Origin: Nitrosopumilus sp.
Lineage (GTDB): Archaea > Thermoproteota > Nitrososphaeria > Nitrososphaerales > Nitrosopumilaceae
Assembly (NCBI GenBank): GCA_965218695.1
Contig: OZ244651.1
Coordinates: 1-64,000 of the forward strand
DNA: 64,000 nucleotides
Direction: 5' to 3'
A model generated the notes under the pieces. It made no database searches and was not told the origin of the DNA. It was given only the letters and a program-made list of their open reading frames with translations. Each line of letters begins with the position of its first letter. Position 1 is the stretch's first letter. Made by a program: the position numbers and the translations under genes. Shown one piece after another: positions 48,050 through 59,030 of the stretch.

Positions 48050-50089
48050 CTAGATTGCAATTACTGCCACAAAGGCAGACACGAAGACTATGGCAATGGT
48101 GTTGAGCAGTTTGATTACAGTGTTCAGCGCGGGTCCGGCAGTGTCCTTGTATGGATCGCCGATGATGTCGCCGACCACTGTAACCTTGTGCACCTCTGTG
48201 CCCTTCTCTCCCCTCATCTCGACTAGCTTTTTTGCATTGTCCCATGCGCCGCCGGTGTTTGCCAGATGGTACGCCAGGAATATTCCGGTCACGACAGAGC
48301 CCATCAGCAGTCCTGCCACCGCAGTGGGTCCCAGCAGGATTCCCAGGATTATCGGGGCGAGGATTGCAACGAGTGCAGGCTTCCACAGCTCCCTGATGGA
48401 TGCAACAGTGGCAATGTCAACACACTTGGCATAATCGGGCTTGGACTCCCCGGTAAGAATCTTCGGATCAGCCTTGAACTGCCTTCGGACCTCGTCTACC
48501 ATCTTCATTGCAGCCCTTGAGACCCCGCTGATGAGCTGTCCTGTGATGATGAATGGAATCAGTCCGCCCACCAGCAGCCCTACAATCACTGCAGGGTTGG
48601 TCAGGCTGTAGTTGAGGTCCAGTATTCCCTCAAAGACATGGGCTGCCTCAAACTGGAATGCCTGGATCATTGCCAGCGCGGCAAGCGCGGCACTTGCAAT
48701 TGCAAAGCCCTTGGTGACTGCCTTGGTTGTGTTTCCAACGGCGTCAATCTCGTCTGTAACCTTGCGGTTCTCCTCGCCCATTCCGGTCATCTCGACGATT
48801 CCCCCCGCATTGTCGGCGATTGGGCCAAACGCATCAATGCTCAGGACGATTCCTGCCAAGCTCAACATTGCCATGGCAGTCAGGGATGTTCCATAGATGC
48901 CGTACAGGATGGGATCGGTTCCCGGAGGTGCTGCATTGGATGCGAGGCTAAAGGATATGATGATTGCGACGACCAGGGCCATCATGAACGGGCCGGTGGA
49001 CTGGAGTCCCTTGATTATTCCCATTAGTGTCAGGGAGGCATAGCCCCATTTTGCAGATTCTGCAATCTCCTTTACGGGACCGTACTTGTAGTTAGTGTAA
49101 TGGTCAGTGATCTTCTGGATTATCGGTACCAGGAGTACACCAATTACGGTGGTTCCAAACAGGGCGTATGCGATTGCAGAATCTCCGACAAACTGCGTGG
49201 TGAATACAAAGTTCAGTGCTATGGCAATTGCAGCTGAGACGTAAAAGGAGCGGTTGAGGGGTTTCATCACATCTGTGATGTTCTTGGAGCCGACTATTAC
49301 AACGCCAATAATGGATGCAATCATGCCGGATGCGCCAATCAGAATAGGATACAGAAACAGGTCAGGTGCGCCAATCAGCGCTGCAATGAGCAGGGATGCA
49401 AGTATTGTGACGATGTAGGATTCATAGACATCAGAACCCATTCCGGCCGCGTCCCCCACGTTGTCCCCCACGTTGTCTGCAATCGTGGCAGGATTTCGGG
49501 GATCGTCTTCGGGAATGTTTGCCTCGACTTTTCCGACCAGGTCAGCGCCCATGTCGGCGGCCTTGGTAAATATTCCACCCCCGATTCTGATGAACAGGGC
49601 TATGAGGCTGGCGCCGATTCCGACGCCGGCAATTGTGATTGGATCAGGGTAGATGATGTAAAGCCCGGTAATTGCCAGAAGGGCCATTGCCGGAACGGCA
49701 AGACCGACTGTGGCCCCGCCCCGAAATGCCATGGCAAACGTCTTTCCCAGGCCGCTGTTGCTAAGATGCGCGGCCCTCACTGCGGCCTTGACAGTTATCT
49801 TGAGAGATATCAGTCCTGCGACAGCAGACAGCGTTGCGCCCACTGCAAAGGCAATTCCGTTGGAGGGTTGCAGGAACGCCCCTATAATTACAGACAGTGC
49901 GATGGCAACCGGTATGATTACCTTCATCTCACGCTTGAGGAATGCCGTAGCGCCTATGCGCACCGCATCTGAGATCTCCATCATCTCCTTTGTTCCGGCG
50001 GGCTGTTTTGTTATCCATGCCACAAGCAACCCGGCAACGATAAATGATGCAATTCCCGCCCCAAACGGCAGAATCTCCTGGACAGCCAT
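48050..50089 (-). CDS. hppA: membrane-bound proton-translocating pyrophosphatase (K+-independent type)
   Basis: DMGADLVGKVE, EDDPRN, DNVGDNVGD; GNTTKA (Lys at the K+-determinant position). Confidence 0.95.
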   Translation of the reverse strand: MAVQEILPFGAGIASFIVAGLLVAWITKQPAGTKEMMEISDAVRIGATAFLKREMKVIIPVAIALSVIIGAFLQPSNGIAFAVGATLSAVAGLISLKITVKAAVRAAHLSNSGLGKTFAMAFRGGATVGLAVPAMALLAITGLYIIYPDPITIAGVGIGASLIALFIRIGGGIFTKAADMGADLVGKVEANIPEDDPRNPATIADNVGDNVGDAAGMGSDVYESYIVTILASLLIAALIGAPDLFLYPILIGASGMIASIIGVVIVGSKNITDVMKPLNRSFYVSAAIAIALNFVFTTQFVGDSAIAYALFGTTVIGVLLVPIIQKITDHYTNYKYGPVKEIAESAKWGYASLTLMGIIKGLQSTGPFMMALVVAIIISFSLASNAAPPGTDPILYGIYGTSLTAMAMLSLAGIVLSIDAFGPIADNAGGIVEMTGMGEENRKVTDEIDAVGNTTKAVTKGFAIASAALAALAMIQAFQFEAAHVFEGILDLNYSLTNPAVIVGLLVGGLIPFIITGQLISGVSRAAMKMVDEVRRQFKADPKILTGESKPDYAKCVDIATVASIRELWKPALVAILAPIILGILLGPTAVAGLLMGSVVTGIFLAYHLANTGGAWDNAKKLVEMRGEKGTEVHKVTVVGDIIGDPYKDTAGPALNTVIKLLNTIAIVFVSAFVAVIAI

Positions 50090-50274
50090 GCTATATTCTG
50101 CTTGCCTTATCCTTGGAAATATAAATCAAATAGAGCGCGGGTACAGGATCGGCACGGATCATGCCCGGGCAGGAGATGATCCGGCACACAGTAGAGTTGT
50201 GTCTGCTTGCGTCATGCTGTAGTAGGAGCAGCAGCAGCAGCAGGCAGCAGCAGCCGCAATAGATGCAGGAATGG

Positions 50275-50637
50275 TTACTTTCTCTTCCGGTACGGGCCAA
50301 ATGTTCCGCCCCGGAGTCCCTGCCTTACCAGCCTGTTGAACCTCTTTCCGTGTGCAAGATACGGGAATCTCATGTGGATTAGTTCGTGGACTATCGTATT
50401 TTCAAGGGTTTTCTCGTTTGGAATCTTTCGGACGTTGATGAATATGGTGCCATACCGAAGATAGGAGACTCCGTAATACTTGTATGCAGACGTCCTCCGG
50501 CCATGGGTCATCTCTCTGGGAGCCTCAAACACCTCCCTGGTGGTCAGAAGCACCCTGGGCTCGGCAATGGAGAACCTGTCAGAATAGATTCCGACTTTTT
50601 CAAGTATTGCCAGCCTGAGATCACTGTCAAGCTTCAC
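50275..50637 (-). CDS. zincin-like (HExxH) metallopeptidase-domain protein
   Basis: TIVHELIH...AHGKRF. Confidence 0.75.
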   Translation of the reverse strand: MKLDSDLRLAILEKVGIYSDRFSIAEPRVLLTTREVFEAPREMTHGRRTSAYKYYGVSYLRYGTIFINVRKIPNEKTLENTIVHELIHMRFPYLAHGKRFNRLVRQGLRGGTFGPYRKRK

Positions 50638-50735
50638 AACATGGTGTAAAGCAATTTGCGTTTATCATGCCGTGTCAATTGTTCTAAAAGATTTGGTCTA
50701 TTCTGGTTCTGTAGGGGGTACAGGTGTCTGCATGC

Positions 50736-51242
50736 CTACTCCATCATGTCAAGCAGTGCCTGCATCCGGTTTTTGATCTCAGGCGAGACGCGTACCACCA
50801 CAAGGCCCTCGTCTGGCTGGCCATACAGGACTACGGCGTTGGCAGGCGCGTGAATGCAGGCAGGAATCACCAGCAGATCCTCTTCGCCGTTGACGTGCAG
50901 CCTCACGGGAGGCGGCATTGCAAGGGCGGTTTGGATTGCCCGAATGCCTTGGGTTGTGATCTCTGCTGCAGGATTGTCGGTGGTGATCTCGGTTGCGCCG
51001 GACAGTGCAGGAGGCCTTCGCTTCTTTCGCTTCTCCAGACCGTCGACTATCTGGAGGGACGGAACGATGCCAAGACCGATCATCCTCTCGGTGGTCCGGT
51101 CGCCTACGGTTATGATGTAGGCATCCCTTGGCAGGTGGCTTTGAATCTCAGCCATGCCGGTACTGTCATCCGGAAGCAACACGCCCAGAGGGGTCTTCAT
51201 GTGATCTCTTAGGGAATCGGGCAGTTTCACGGGGGTTCGCAT
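50736..51242 (-). CDS. GTP-dependent dephospho-CoA kinase (DUF359)
   Basis: TVGDRTT, IVDG, NPAAEIT, GEEDL, YGQPDEG. Confidence 0.9.
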   Translation of the reverse strand: MRTPVKLPDSLRDHMKTPLGVLLPDDSTGMAEIQSHLPRDAYIITVGDRTTERMIGLGIVPSLQIVDGLEKRKKRRPPALSGATEITTDNPAAEITTQGIRAIQTALAMPPPVRLHVNGEEDLLVIPACIHAPANAVVLYGQPDEGLVVVRVSPEIKNRMQALLDMME

Positions 51243-52340
51243 CTAGTTTGAGGCGCTTGCCTCTGATCCCTCAGACTCCATCTCCTGCTGCAGTTTTGCG
51301 GCAAGAATGCTGCACTGGGCGGCAATGTTCTTGGCAGCCACCCTGAAGGCTACGGCACTCGGAGACTCGGTGTTTGTAATCATGATGGGCTTTCCCAAGT
51401 CGGATCCCGACATGATGCCGGAGTTTAGCGGAATCTCGCCCAGAAACGGCATCTTGAACTGCTCGCTTATCTTTCTGGCGCCGCCTTCGCCAAAGACGTA
51501 GTGTCTCTCGTCACAGCTCGGGCAGATAAAGTGGCTCATATTCTCGACGACGCCGATTATCGGAACGTTGAGCTTTTCAAACATGCCGATTGCCTTTACT
51601 GCGACATTACTGGCAACATCCTGCGGCGTGGTCACCACCAGAATTCCTGTGATGGGGATAGTCTGTGCAAGGGTCAGCGGTATGTCGCCGGTGCCTGGCG
51701 GAAGATCCACTATCAGATAGTCCAGATCAGACCAGTTGGTGTCAACAAGAAACTGCTTGAGTATTCCGGATATTATCGGGCCGCGATATATTGCAGCCTG
51801 GTGTGACTGTTCGGCAAAGAATCCAAAGGATACCACCTGGAGTCCGTTAGAGTCTGCAGGCTGAAGCTTGTTGTCCTCTACTTCCATGTAGGCGTCCTTC
51901 ATTCCAAGCATGAGCGGGATGCTGGGCCCGTAGATGTCTGCATCAAGAAGCCCCACCTTGGCCCCCGTCTGGGACAGCGCAAGTGCCAGGTTCAGGGAGA
52001 CGGTGGACTTGCCGACGCCGCCCTTTCCGCTTGCAACGCCGATGATATTCTTGACAGTTGCCATTCCGGTATCCGCATCAAGGGAGCGTCCCTCCATCAC
52101 CTTTGCAGTCACGTTCAGATCAAAATTCTTCAACTCTGAGAGCTCGCCCACCGCGCGCCTGACGTCATCTTCAATCTCAACGTTGAAGGGACATGCAGGA
52201 GTGGTCAGTTCGAGTGTGAACTTTAGGTTGCCGTCTGCAAGCTCCAGATCCTTTATCATGCCCATGGAGACGATATCCTTCTTCAGGTCGGGATCAATTA
52301 CTGTGCTGAGCTTCTCAAGGACCTGATCGATTCCAACCAT
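51243..52340 (-). CDS. mrp: Mrp/NBP35 Fe-S cluster carrier ATPase with N-terminal DUF59
   Basis: VIDPDL...TTPACP; SGKGGVGKST, DADIYGPS, DLPPGTGD, CPSC. Confidence 0.95.
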   Translation of the reverse strand: MVGIDQVLEKLSTVIDPDLKKDIVSMGMIKDLELADGNLKFTLELTTPACPFNVEIEDDVRRAVGELSELKNFDLNVTAKVMEGRSLDADTGMATVKNIIGVASGKGGVGKSTVSLNLALALSQTGAKVGLLDADIYGPSIPLMLGMKDAYMEVEDNKLQPADSNGLQVVSFGFFAEQSHQAAIYRGPIISGILKQFLVDTNWSDLDYLIVDLPPGTGDIPLTLAQTIPITGILVVTTPQDVASNVAVKAIGMFEKLNVPIIGVVENMSHFICPSCDERHYVFGEGGARKISEQFKMPFLGEIPLNSGIMSGSDLGKPIMITNTESPSAVAFRVAAKNIAAQCSILAAKLQQEMESEGSEASASN

Positions 52341-52553
52341 TGCGTCCAAAAGTTCATCGACATTATTTAAACATAAGTCGGAATGCTGCAGGAGTGTTTT
52401 GGATATGCCACATCCCAAAAACATGTTGGAACAGGTTACGGTTCCAGTCTATTCAATCAGATGACATAATCCGGGACAAGCCTGTCTGTCTGTCTGTCTG
52501 CCATGGGGAGAAGTGAATTCAGGCCGTCGACTTCCTGCGCGTATTTCCAATTT

Positions 52554-54974
52554 CTATCCAGGGCTCATGCTTTGGACACTCGAGATTCCGTCTTGTTTTG
52601 ATATACGGAATACGTGGTCGGCGCAAGTCTCAAGCTCCGGGTCATGAGAGACAAGTATGATCTGTTCGGATTTGAGATCATCGAGTATCTGACGGACCTT
52701 GTACAGTTGATCCTTGGAAAAGCCGTCTGTGGGCTCGTCTAGAATCAGCAGGTTGGACTTTATCGAACCTTCCTCCCGTACCAGGGAGTTCAGGGTAAGC
52801 CGGTATGCCAGTGCGATGCTGGTCTTCTCCCCTCCCGACAGGAATGCAACATCCTGGTCTATTCCATCCTGGTATACAATGGGTGTAAAATTCTCGTCAA
52901 TACTAGATTCCTTTGTGGGATCATCAACCAGCCGGGAGTACCAGTCATGATATGTCTCGTTGAATCTCTGCAGGATGGACAGCATTACCTGCTTTTCAAT
53001 CTGCGCAGTTGTCGGAATGAAAAAGTACTCAAGCCATTCCTGAAACCGGGAGAAGTGTCCATGTCTTGATTTCCATCTTTTGGATTCGGCAAGCCTGGCC
53101 TTGTCCTGTTCCATCCTCTCTTCTTCGCCATTTATCGTTGCCTCCCCCACGGCAATGCTGCTCATAACCTTGCCGCAGTCATCCTGAAGCCGGTTCAGGT
53201 CAGTGTTTTTTTGCAGTATCAGATCATCCACATTGCCAAAGGATTCAAGATCCGATCTCTTCTGATTTAGTTCTGACTCCCAGCCGGAGATTTGTGATGC
53301 AGCAGAACCCATCTCCTCGCGATTCTGTTGTATAATGTCCTCTGCCCTCTGTCTTGCATCCTCGATGCGCCGGACTTGGCTGGTCGTATTCTCATATTGG
53401 ACAAGATCATCTTTGAGTTTGGTCAGAACATCAATTGGATCCCCGCCTTTGAATTCAGAGTACTTTACATTAAACATCCGTATGCCAGAATCGATTGAGG
53501 GTATTTTTGCCCTTTTCTCGTCACGCTCTCTGATTAGCCGGATCACATCTCGGATTCGGGAGATTTCATCGTCATGCGAACTCTGCTGTTGTCTGTTTTC
53601 ACTCAGCTGGGAGTTCAGCTGGGACAGCAGGGCATCAGAAGATGCAAGATCTCTGTCCAACTCCAATACCTGCTCCCTTTTCTCATCGACCATTGCATGA
53701 CTGTGCTGCTCGTCGATGATCTGCGCGCATGTGGGACATCGGTCCCCCAGCACGACAAATCTGCTTATCTCTGCTTCCAGCGTGCTCTTGTCTGCCTGTA
53801 TTTTGGCTTTCTGGCTGGTTGCGTCTTCCAGCCTCTTGCGGATATCCTGCTCGCACTCATCACACAGTCTCTTCTCTTCCTGTAGGGATTCCATGGTGTC
53901 GCTGACTGATTCAATGTCAGAATCCATGCTGCCAAGTTGGCCCTGTATTCGAGATATCTCGCTGACAAGGGATCTCTTTTCAGACTCTATCCGTATGCGA
54001 TCCTCCTCGATTCCTTGGAATTTTTTTATCTCAGATGTCAGCTCGGCTGTACTCATTTCAGTGTCTGGTTTTTTTATCTTGGAGAGACGCTCATGCTCCA
54101 GATTCAGCCTATTCATCTCACTTTCGGAACTTGCAACTGCCTGCTTCATCTGCAGGATCGAATTTGTCCTGTCACTTATTCTATCCACCATATTTTTAAT
54201 TGCGTATTCAAGGCGAATCCTGGCCTGGTTTTTCTCCTGCAGTTGTTCCAGGGATGTCCGGGCATCGGCGAGATCTTGTTCAAGAATTTTTAGTCTTCTT
54301 TGTTCCTTTAGGATGGCATCACCGGTGGCAGCGATTGTGCTGTTGGCTTTTTCTATCTGCGACTCCAGTTCTGAGATATTGCTGAATTTTTCCTGCATTA
54401 CTCTGATCTCGGTTTTGATGTAGGAGGACAGAACATCGGCATTGGATTCGGCAGTGCTGTACTCTTTTATTTGAAATGCTTTTCTTATGGTCTCAAGACG
54501 CTTGCCGGCATCAAAGAGCACATCTTTCATTGCCTCCTGGGGGGTGAAGATGGCATACCGGAATATTCTGCTCACCGCCTTGGAGTCAGGGGATTCGTTG
54601 AACCTGAGAATCTGCAGAATTCGCTGCTTTAGGTCCGATGGGGAGAGGGGCTCCTTTGTTCCTTCAGTCTTTATCCAGGTCTCCTTCGGGTTCTGGTTTA
54701 TGCCATGGTCTGTTCTTTTCAGCGTCCTTTTAATCTCGTATCTGCGTCCGTCCACTGAAAACTCTAGGATGACATAGCCTGCACTCTCTTTTTTGGCCAG
54801 CAGTGCTTCATGAGTTTTGGAGCTCGATCCAAACAGTGCAAACTCGATTGCCATCAGTATGGTGGATTTTCCAGAACCGATATCGCCTTCAAACAGAGAT
54901 ACTCCGGATGGGAATTCCACCTCCTCGTGGACATAGCTTCGAATGTTCTCGATTACAATGGAGTTAAGAATCAT
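52554..54974 (-). CDS. rad50: DNA double-strand break repair ATPase Rad50
   Basis: GDIGSGKST, coiled coil with CPTC zinc hook, LSGGE, LDEPT, SH. Confidence 0.93.
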   Translation of the reverse strand: MILNSIVIENIRSYVHEEVEFPSGVSLFEGDIGSGKSTILMAIEFALFGSSSKTHEALLAKKESAGYVILEFSVDGRRYEIKRTLKRTDHGINQNPKETWIKTEGTKEPLSPSDLKQRILQILRFNESPDSKAVSRIFRYAIFTPQEAMKDVLFDAGKRLETIRKAFQIKEYSTAESNADVLSSYIKTEIRVMQEKFSNISELESQIEKANSTIAATGDAILKEQRRLKILEQDLADARTSLEQLQEKNQARIRLEYAIKNMVDRISDRTNSILQMKQAVASSESEMNRLNLEHERLSKIKKPDTEMSTAELTSEIKKFQGIEEDRIRIESEKRSLVSEISRIQGQLGSMDSDIESVSDTMESLQEEKRLCDECEQDIRKRLEDATSQKAKIQADKSTLEAEISRFVVLGDRCPTCAQIIDEQHSHAMVDEKREQVLELDRDLASSDALLSQLNSQLSENRQQQSSHDDEISRIRDVIRLIRERDEKRAKIPSIDSGIRMFNVKYSEFKGGDPIDVLTKLKDDLVQYENTTSQVRRIEDARQRAEDIIQQNREEMGSAASQISGWESELNQKRSDLESFGNVDDLILQKNTDLNRLQDDCGKVMSSIAVGEATINGEEERMEQDKARLAESKRWKSRHGHFSRFQEWLEYFFIPTTAQIEKQVMLSILQRFNETYHDWYSRLVDDPTKESSIDENFTPIVYQDGIDQDVAFLSGGEKTSIALAYRLTLNSLVREEGSIKSNLLILDEPTDGFSKDQLYKVRQILDDLKSEQIILVSHDPELETCADHVFRISKQDGISSVQSMSPG

Positions 54975-56226
54975 CGTCGTCCCCGTCCAGTCCCAGAATC
55001 GCCAGTGCGTCGTTTTGAATCCTTGCAGCGTATGTGTTCTTTTTTTCATTGGCCAGTGGTTCTTCTCCCAGCTTTCGAAGCAGTCTTAGTGCAAGATCAA
55101 CGCCCTGCTCTCCCAACAGATCCTTTTGATCAAGACGGAGCTGTCCTATGTTTTCAGAAAATATGTTGGTCTCGATCTCCGCGCGGTCGGCGCCATTTGC
55201 CTGCGTGATGGAATATTCCTTTGATTTTAGCTGGTTCTTGTTTACCAGTGACACAAGCGAGCCTCTTTGTGCAAGGCTGCTTCTTGCAGCAGAGATATCC
55301 ACATCGGCGGTCTTTCCACTGGTCATCTCGCCTGCAATCTTGACTATCACGACCTTGTCGGCGGGATTAATTTCATCTATGCTCCGGCGCAGCCTCTGGT
55401 CGACAGATTCTGCGGATTTGTCCTCTGCGTCGATCTCTATCAATTCGTACCGGGTGTTTTCCAGAGCGACAAACTCGACTGACTTTACATCGTCTTCAAA
55501 CTCGACTGTGTAAAATCCCCGCTCCATCCCCCGGGCGTTGTGCTCCAGATCCGAGTGGTATCCTGCAAACGGGGTTCCAGGGTAGACGACATGCGGGTAT
55601 CTCTCAAATGTCTGATGGCTGCTCTTGTGCATGTGACCTCCGGCATAGTAGGAGAATCCGCCTGGAAGCAGTGACAGTGGCATCTGGTCTCCCTCATTGA
55701 CCGAATCTCTCTTCATCTCCGCAATCCCTGCATGAAACAGAAATATCTTGAATCCGGGCTCGGATTCCAGGGGAATTCTGTCAAGTTTTTGATAGTGCTC
55801 CCTGTCGTTTCCGGCCTTGAGCCCGGACAGGCCGGTGATCTTGGCACCTGTCTTTTCATCGGATATGAAGCCAAGGGATATCGTCCCGTCATCGTTGCTT
55901 GTGGCATTTGTAACCTTGATTATGTAGCCTGCAGCAGCCAGCAGATCTATTACCGAGTTTGACACCGGGGAAAAGTCATGGCTCCCATACACGACATAGA
56001 CGGGGATCCCGGCCTCGTATACCTCCCGGAACTTTGCAAAGGCGTACTTTTGAACGCGCATCTCCGGAATGTTTACATGAAATATGTCGCCGGGCATCAG
56101 GATAAAGTCGACATTCATGGACATGCATCTGTCAAGTGCATCCTCAAAGACGCGTCGTTCCACGTCCTGCAGGGCAGACTCTTTTTGAAATCCCAGATGA
56201 ATGTCTGACATGTGTGCAAATCTCAA
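54964..56226 (-). CDS. mre11: DNA double-strand break repair nuclease Mre11
   Basis: SDIHLG, GDIFH, GSHD, FHAG, GGHMH, YPGT; TTG start at 56226. Confidence 0.93.
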   Translation of the reverse strand: MRFAHMSDIHLGFQKESALQDVERRVFEDALDRCMSMNVDFILMPGDIFHVNIPEMRVQKYAFAKFREVYEAGIPVYVVYGSHDFSPVSNSVIDLLAAAGYIIKVTNATSNDDGTISLGFISDEKTGAKITGLSGLKAGNDREHYQKLDRIPLESEPGFKIFLFHAGIAEMKRDSVNEGDQMPLSLLPGGFSYYAGGHMHKSSHQTFERYPHVVYPGTPFAGYHSDLEHNARGMERGFYTVEFEDDVKSVEFVALENTRYELIEIDAEDKSAESVDQRLRRSIDEINPADKVVIVKIAGEMTSGKTADVDISAARSSLAQRGSLVSLVNKNQLKSKEYSITQANGADRAEIETNIFSENIGQLRLDQKDLLGEQGVDLALRLLRKLGEEPLANEKKNTYAARIQNDALAILGLDGDDDDS

Positions 56227-56227
56227 A

Positions 56228-57796
56228 CTAGAACACCTTGATCTTTTCAGGTTTTGGGGGGCGCTGCTGGCTGTCCACCAGATCATCAAAGAGCGGAATC
56301 TTGATTGGCATGGCAAACGGCACAAAGATGCTGGTAATTATTGCCTCTCCCTTGTCCAGGCTTGCGATATTCTTGTCGTCGCCGGACAGATCCTGCGAGG
56401 CAGAGGCAATTATCGCGTCCCTCTCCTGCTTCATCTCGTTGCCCAGGATTATCTTTGTGTTCATGTTTGCAAGGATGGTCTTGGGTATTACGCTTGAGAG
56501 CTGCGTGATGGCGGTAAGCCCCACCTTGAACTTGCGTCCCTCCTTGGCGATCGTGGAATAGACATTGTCATTTGATACCAGCACGTCGCCGCCTATGACG
56601 CGTGGTGCCTCCTCGATTACTATGGTTGCGACCGGCTTGCGGTCCAGCTGGCCCCTTGCCTTTGCGTCCTTGTACCGGTGCAATAATTTGTCTGCAATGA
56701 TGTTCCCGACGATCAGTTCTGCCTCGTCTCCCAGTCTCGAGGTGTCCAGAACCACCACCCTGCCCTGCTCTATCTCGTCTACTATGTCATCTACAGTTGT
56801 AATGCCCCTCGTGTCAGCGTCAAACACCTCGTGTCTGGAGGAGACTGTATCAGACTCGTCCACGTGCAGATTCAAAAGCATACGTAGTCTCCTCTGAACC
56901 ACCATCAGGGTCGATGACTTGAATCCGTCCTGACCGGTGCCTGACCCGTCAATGCTGCCAGAGGACGGATCTGCCTGCATCAGTCTCTTGATCCATTCCT
57001 TTTTGTGCTTTCTGAATGCGGCCCGGATCGCCTGAAGCTGTGCATCTGAAAAATCAACAATCCCCTCAAAGTGTTCTGGCCCGACTGACTGCAAGTTGAT
57101 CGTCAGCTGCCTGGCACCCGGCGGCGGATCAGAGGGAGTATAGTATGCAAGATTTTCTGCTGCCCTAAGATGATCCTTCAGGCCTTTCCTTCCCCGTCCA
57201 TAATATTCATCGTGCGCATCAAGAACCAGCGCGCCGACATCGTTTGTGTCAAGTACGTTCCACAGGATGCACTTTATCAGGTTGGACTTCCCCCTGCCCG
57301 TGGCTGCCGGAATCAGCACATGGTGTGAAAATACATCCTGCGCAGGCAGCCAGACCTTGGCATCCAGGGATGTGCTTCCGCTCCGGATATTGCCTACAAA
57401 GATTGAATCGCGGTTCTTTTGCAGGAACTTCAGGTCGTCAGAGGATATCAGGCGCAGCCTGCTAAAGAACGTGGGGAGTGATTTTGGAATCCTGACCTTG
57501 TCATTCCTGTCCACCCGGGCAAGCGGTTTGAGTTTGGCCAAGACGTAGTTGACAAATTCTGGCTCATAAAATTTGGCATCAATTATCTGCTCCATGTTCA
57601 CACCGGACATCATCTGGCGCATCCCCTCCTGTATCTGCGAGCCGTACTCCATGTCAAATACCTGCAGGATCAGAAACGAGTCCTTTTCCTGTGATACCAG
57701 CAGGCTGCCAATCTCAATGCCTGCCCCGTCCTTTTCCCGGAGTATTATGCGTCCAAAATCCCCGCCTACCACCTGTCCTACTATTCCACCATTCAT
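56228..57796 (-). CDS. herA: HerA helicase/ATPase
   Basis: HAS-barrel N-terminus, [25 protein letters not shown]...TQ. Confidence 0.92.
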   Translation of the reverse strand: MNGGIVGQVVGGDFGRIILREKDGAGIEIGSLLVSQEKDSFLILQVFDMEYGSQIQEGMRQMMSGVNMEQIIDAKFYEPEFVNYVLAKLKPLARVDRNDKVRIPKSLPTFFSRLRLISSDDLKFLQKNRDSIFVGNIRSGSTSLDAKVWLPAQDVFSHHVLIPAATGRGKSNLIKCILWNVLDTNDVGALVLDAHDEYYGRGRKGLKDHLRAAENLAYYTPSDPPPGARQLTINLQSVGPEHFEGIVDFSDAQLQAIRAAFRKHKKEWIKRLMQADPSSGSIDGSGTGQDGFKSSTLMVVQRRLRMLLNLHVDESDTVSSRHEVFDADTRGITTVDDIVDEIEQGRVVVLDTSRLGDEAELIVGNIIADKLLHRYKDAKARGQLDRKPVATIVIEEAPRVIGGDVLVSNDNVYSTIAKEGRKFKVGLTAITQLSSVIPKTILANMNTKIILGNEMKQERDAIIASASQDLSGDDKNIASLDKGEAIITSIFVPFAMPIKIPLFDDLVDSQQRPPKPEKIKVF

Positions 57797-58884
57797 ACGG
57801 TTGCACCATTCAAAACGTCATGTGCCGTCAGGCTGGTATCATACATTTGCATCATCTTCCACTCGGGCCGCTTGAGCATCTCTATCCGGGCATGTCGGCG
57901 GTACATGCTTAATTCGTTTGTGCGTATCTGGGCAAACCTGTCTGCATCCAGTGCGCCGTACGGATAGCCAATCATGGAGACATCCTGGGAGTTTTCAGCC
58001 AGACTGCCAAGTACCGAGTCCAGATCATCAGGAGTCATGCTGTGGAATTGATCCCGGAGTATCTCAAACCTGAAGACGAATCTGGATTCATTGTGAAATT
58101 TAACTGCAAGCATGAACTCTTTGCCGTCAGGCGAGATCCTGTCGGCCACCTTCACATACCAGCTGCCATACGGAACGTCCCTTGCAATCTCTGCAACTCT
58201 TGCAAGGAGCGGATGGCCGGACTTGGTAACCAGCCGGCTTGTCTTTGCCAGTCCGCACACTATTACGCCCTTGTCCTGCGCGGCCCTGTACAGCCTGTCT
58301 GCGTATTGCGCCTCGTTTTCAAAACTGGTCTGCAGGGAGCCGTCCATGACCAGCATGTCTCCTGCCTCCAGCTCTGATTCCACTACGCGGATTGCCATCT
58401 GCCATTCGGCAAACCTCCGGCTCAGGGAGCTGAACCTTGAACTGTCAAGTACGGAGTTTCCTTCGATTTTTGAGGACAAGGCAGACTCGTCGGGAAGAAA
58501 CCTCCTGTCATTATCTGTATACGGAAACAGCCTTGTGCTGTATGTGATGCCCGTATCAGGCGTATCCAACACCACATAGGAGAAGAACTGTATACGCGGG
58601 CCGCATGCTGCCGGCGTGACTCTCCTCTTTCCTTGAAACAGGGAAAAATACACACGGTTAACTGTAATCAGATGGTTTGCCGACTCTGCCAGCAGTCCGT
58701 TGCCGCCGTCGACAAATGCCATCTTGCGCGATGTCTTAACGGGTCTTATCTCTGAGAACTCTGAGGGTATGAGTGGATAGGTCCGTCCGGTGGCATCCTT
58801 GCTCAGTATGACATCCGAATGCTTCCGTCCTGACAAGCAGGCGCCAAGATCTGCAACCACATTTTCCAGAGGGTTTTCACTCAT
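57793..58884 (-). CDS. nurA: NurA 5'-3' nuclease
   Basis: FVDGG, MDGSL, GLAKTS, GYPY..DAD; first gene of the nurA-herA-mre11-rad50 operon. Confidence 0.92.
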   Translation of the reverse strand: MSENPLENVVADLGACLSGRKHSDVILSKDATGRTYPLIPSEFSEIRPVKTSRKMAFVDGGNGLLAESANHLITVNRVYFSLFQGKRRVTPAACGPRIQFFSYVVLDTPDTGITYSTRLFPYTDNDRRFLPDESALSSKIEGNSVLDSSRFSSLSRRFAEWQMAIRVVESELEAGDMLVMDGSLQTSFENEAQYADRLYRAAQDKGVIVCGLAKTSRLVTKSGHPLLARVAEIARDVPYGSWYVKVADRISPDGKEFMLAVKFHNESRFVFRFEILRDQFHSMTPDDLDSVLGSLAENSQDVSMIGYPYGALDADRFAQIRTNELSMYRRHARIEMLKRPEWKMMQMYDTSLTAHDVLNGATV

Positions 58885-59030
58885 AACGAGTCAGCCGTGT
58901 TCAGATTGTATAACATTTGCCCAAGGATGTAACTGCCAGGGGGTGATCAGGGGTTAGACCAAGCATTCGTCCCCAGCAGGTGCCGCATCCCAGCTAGCAT
59001 TAATTAGACAGCAGCCCCCAACCCCGGTGT

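Noticed and set aside
52554-58884. nurA-herA-mre11-rad50 as a novel HerA defence system
   Set aside because: This is the well-known archaeal double-strand-break repair operon.
58925-58990. Possible stem-loop (GGATG..CTGC..GGGG / CCCC..GCAG..CATCC) upstream of nadX-nadA as an NAD riboswitch
   Set aside because: It lies upstream of the TATA-like ATTAATTA (~59000) that would give a leaderless nadX mRNA, so it is probably not transcribed; the pairing is weak.
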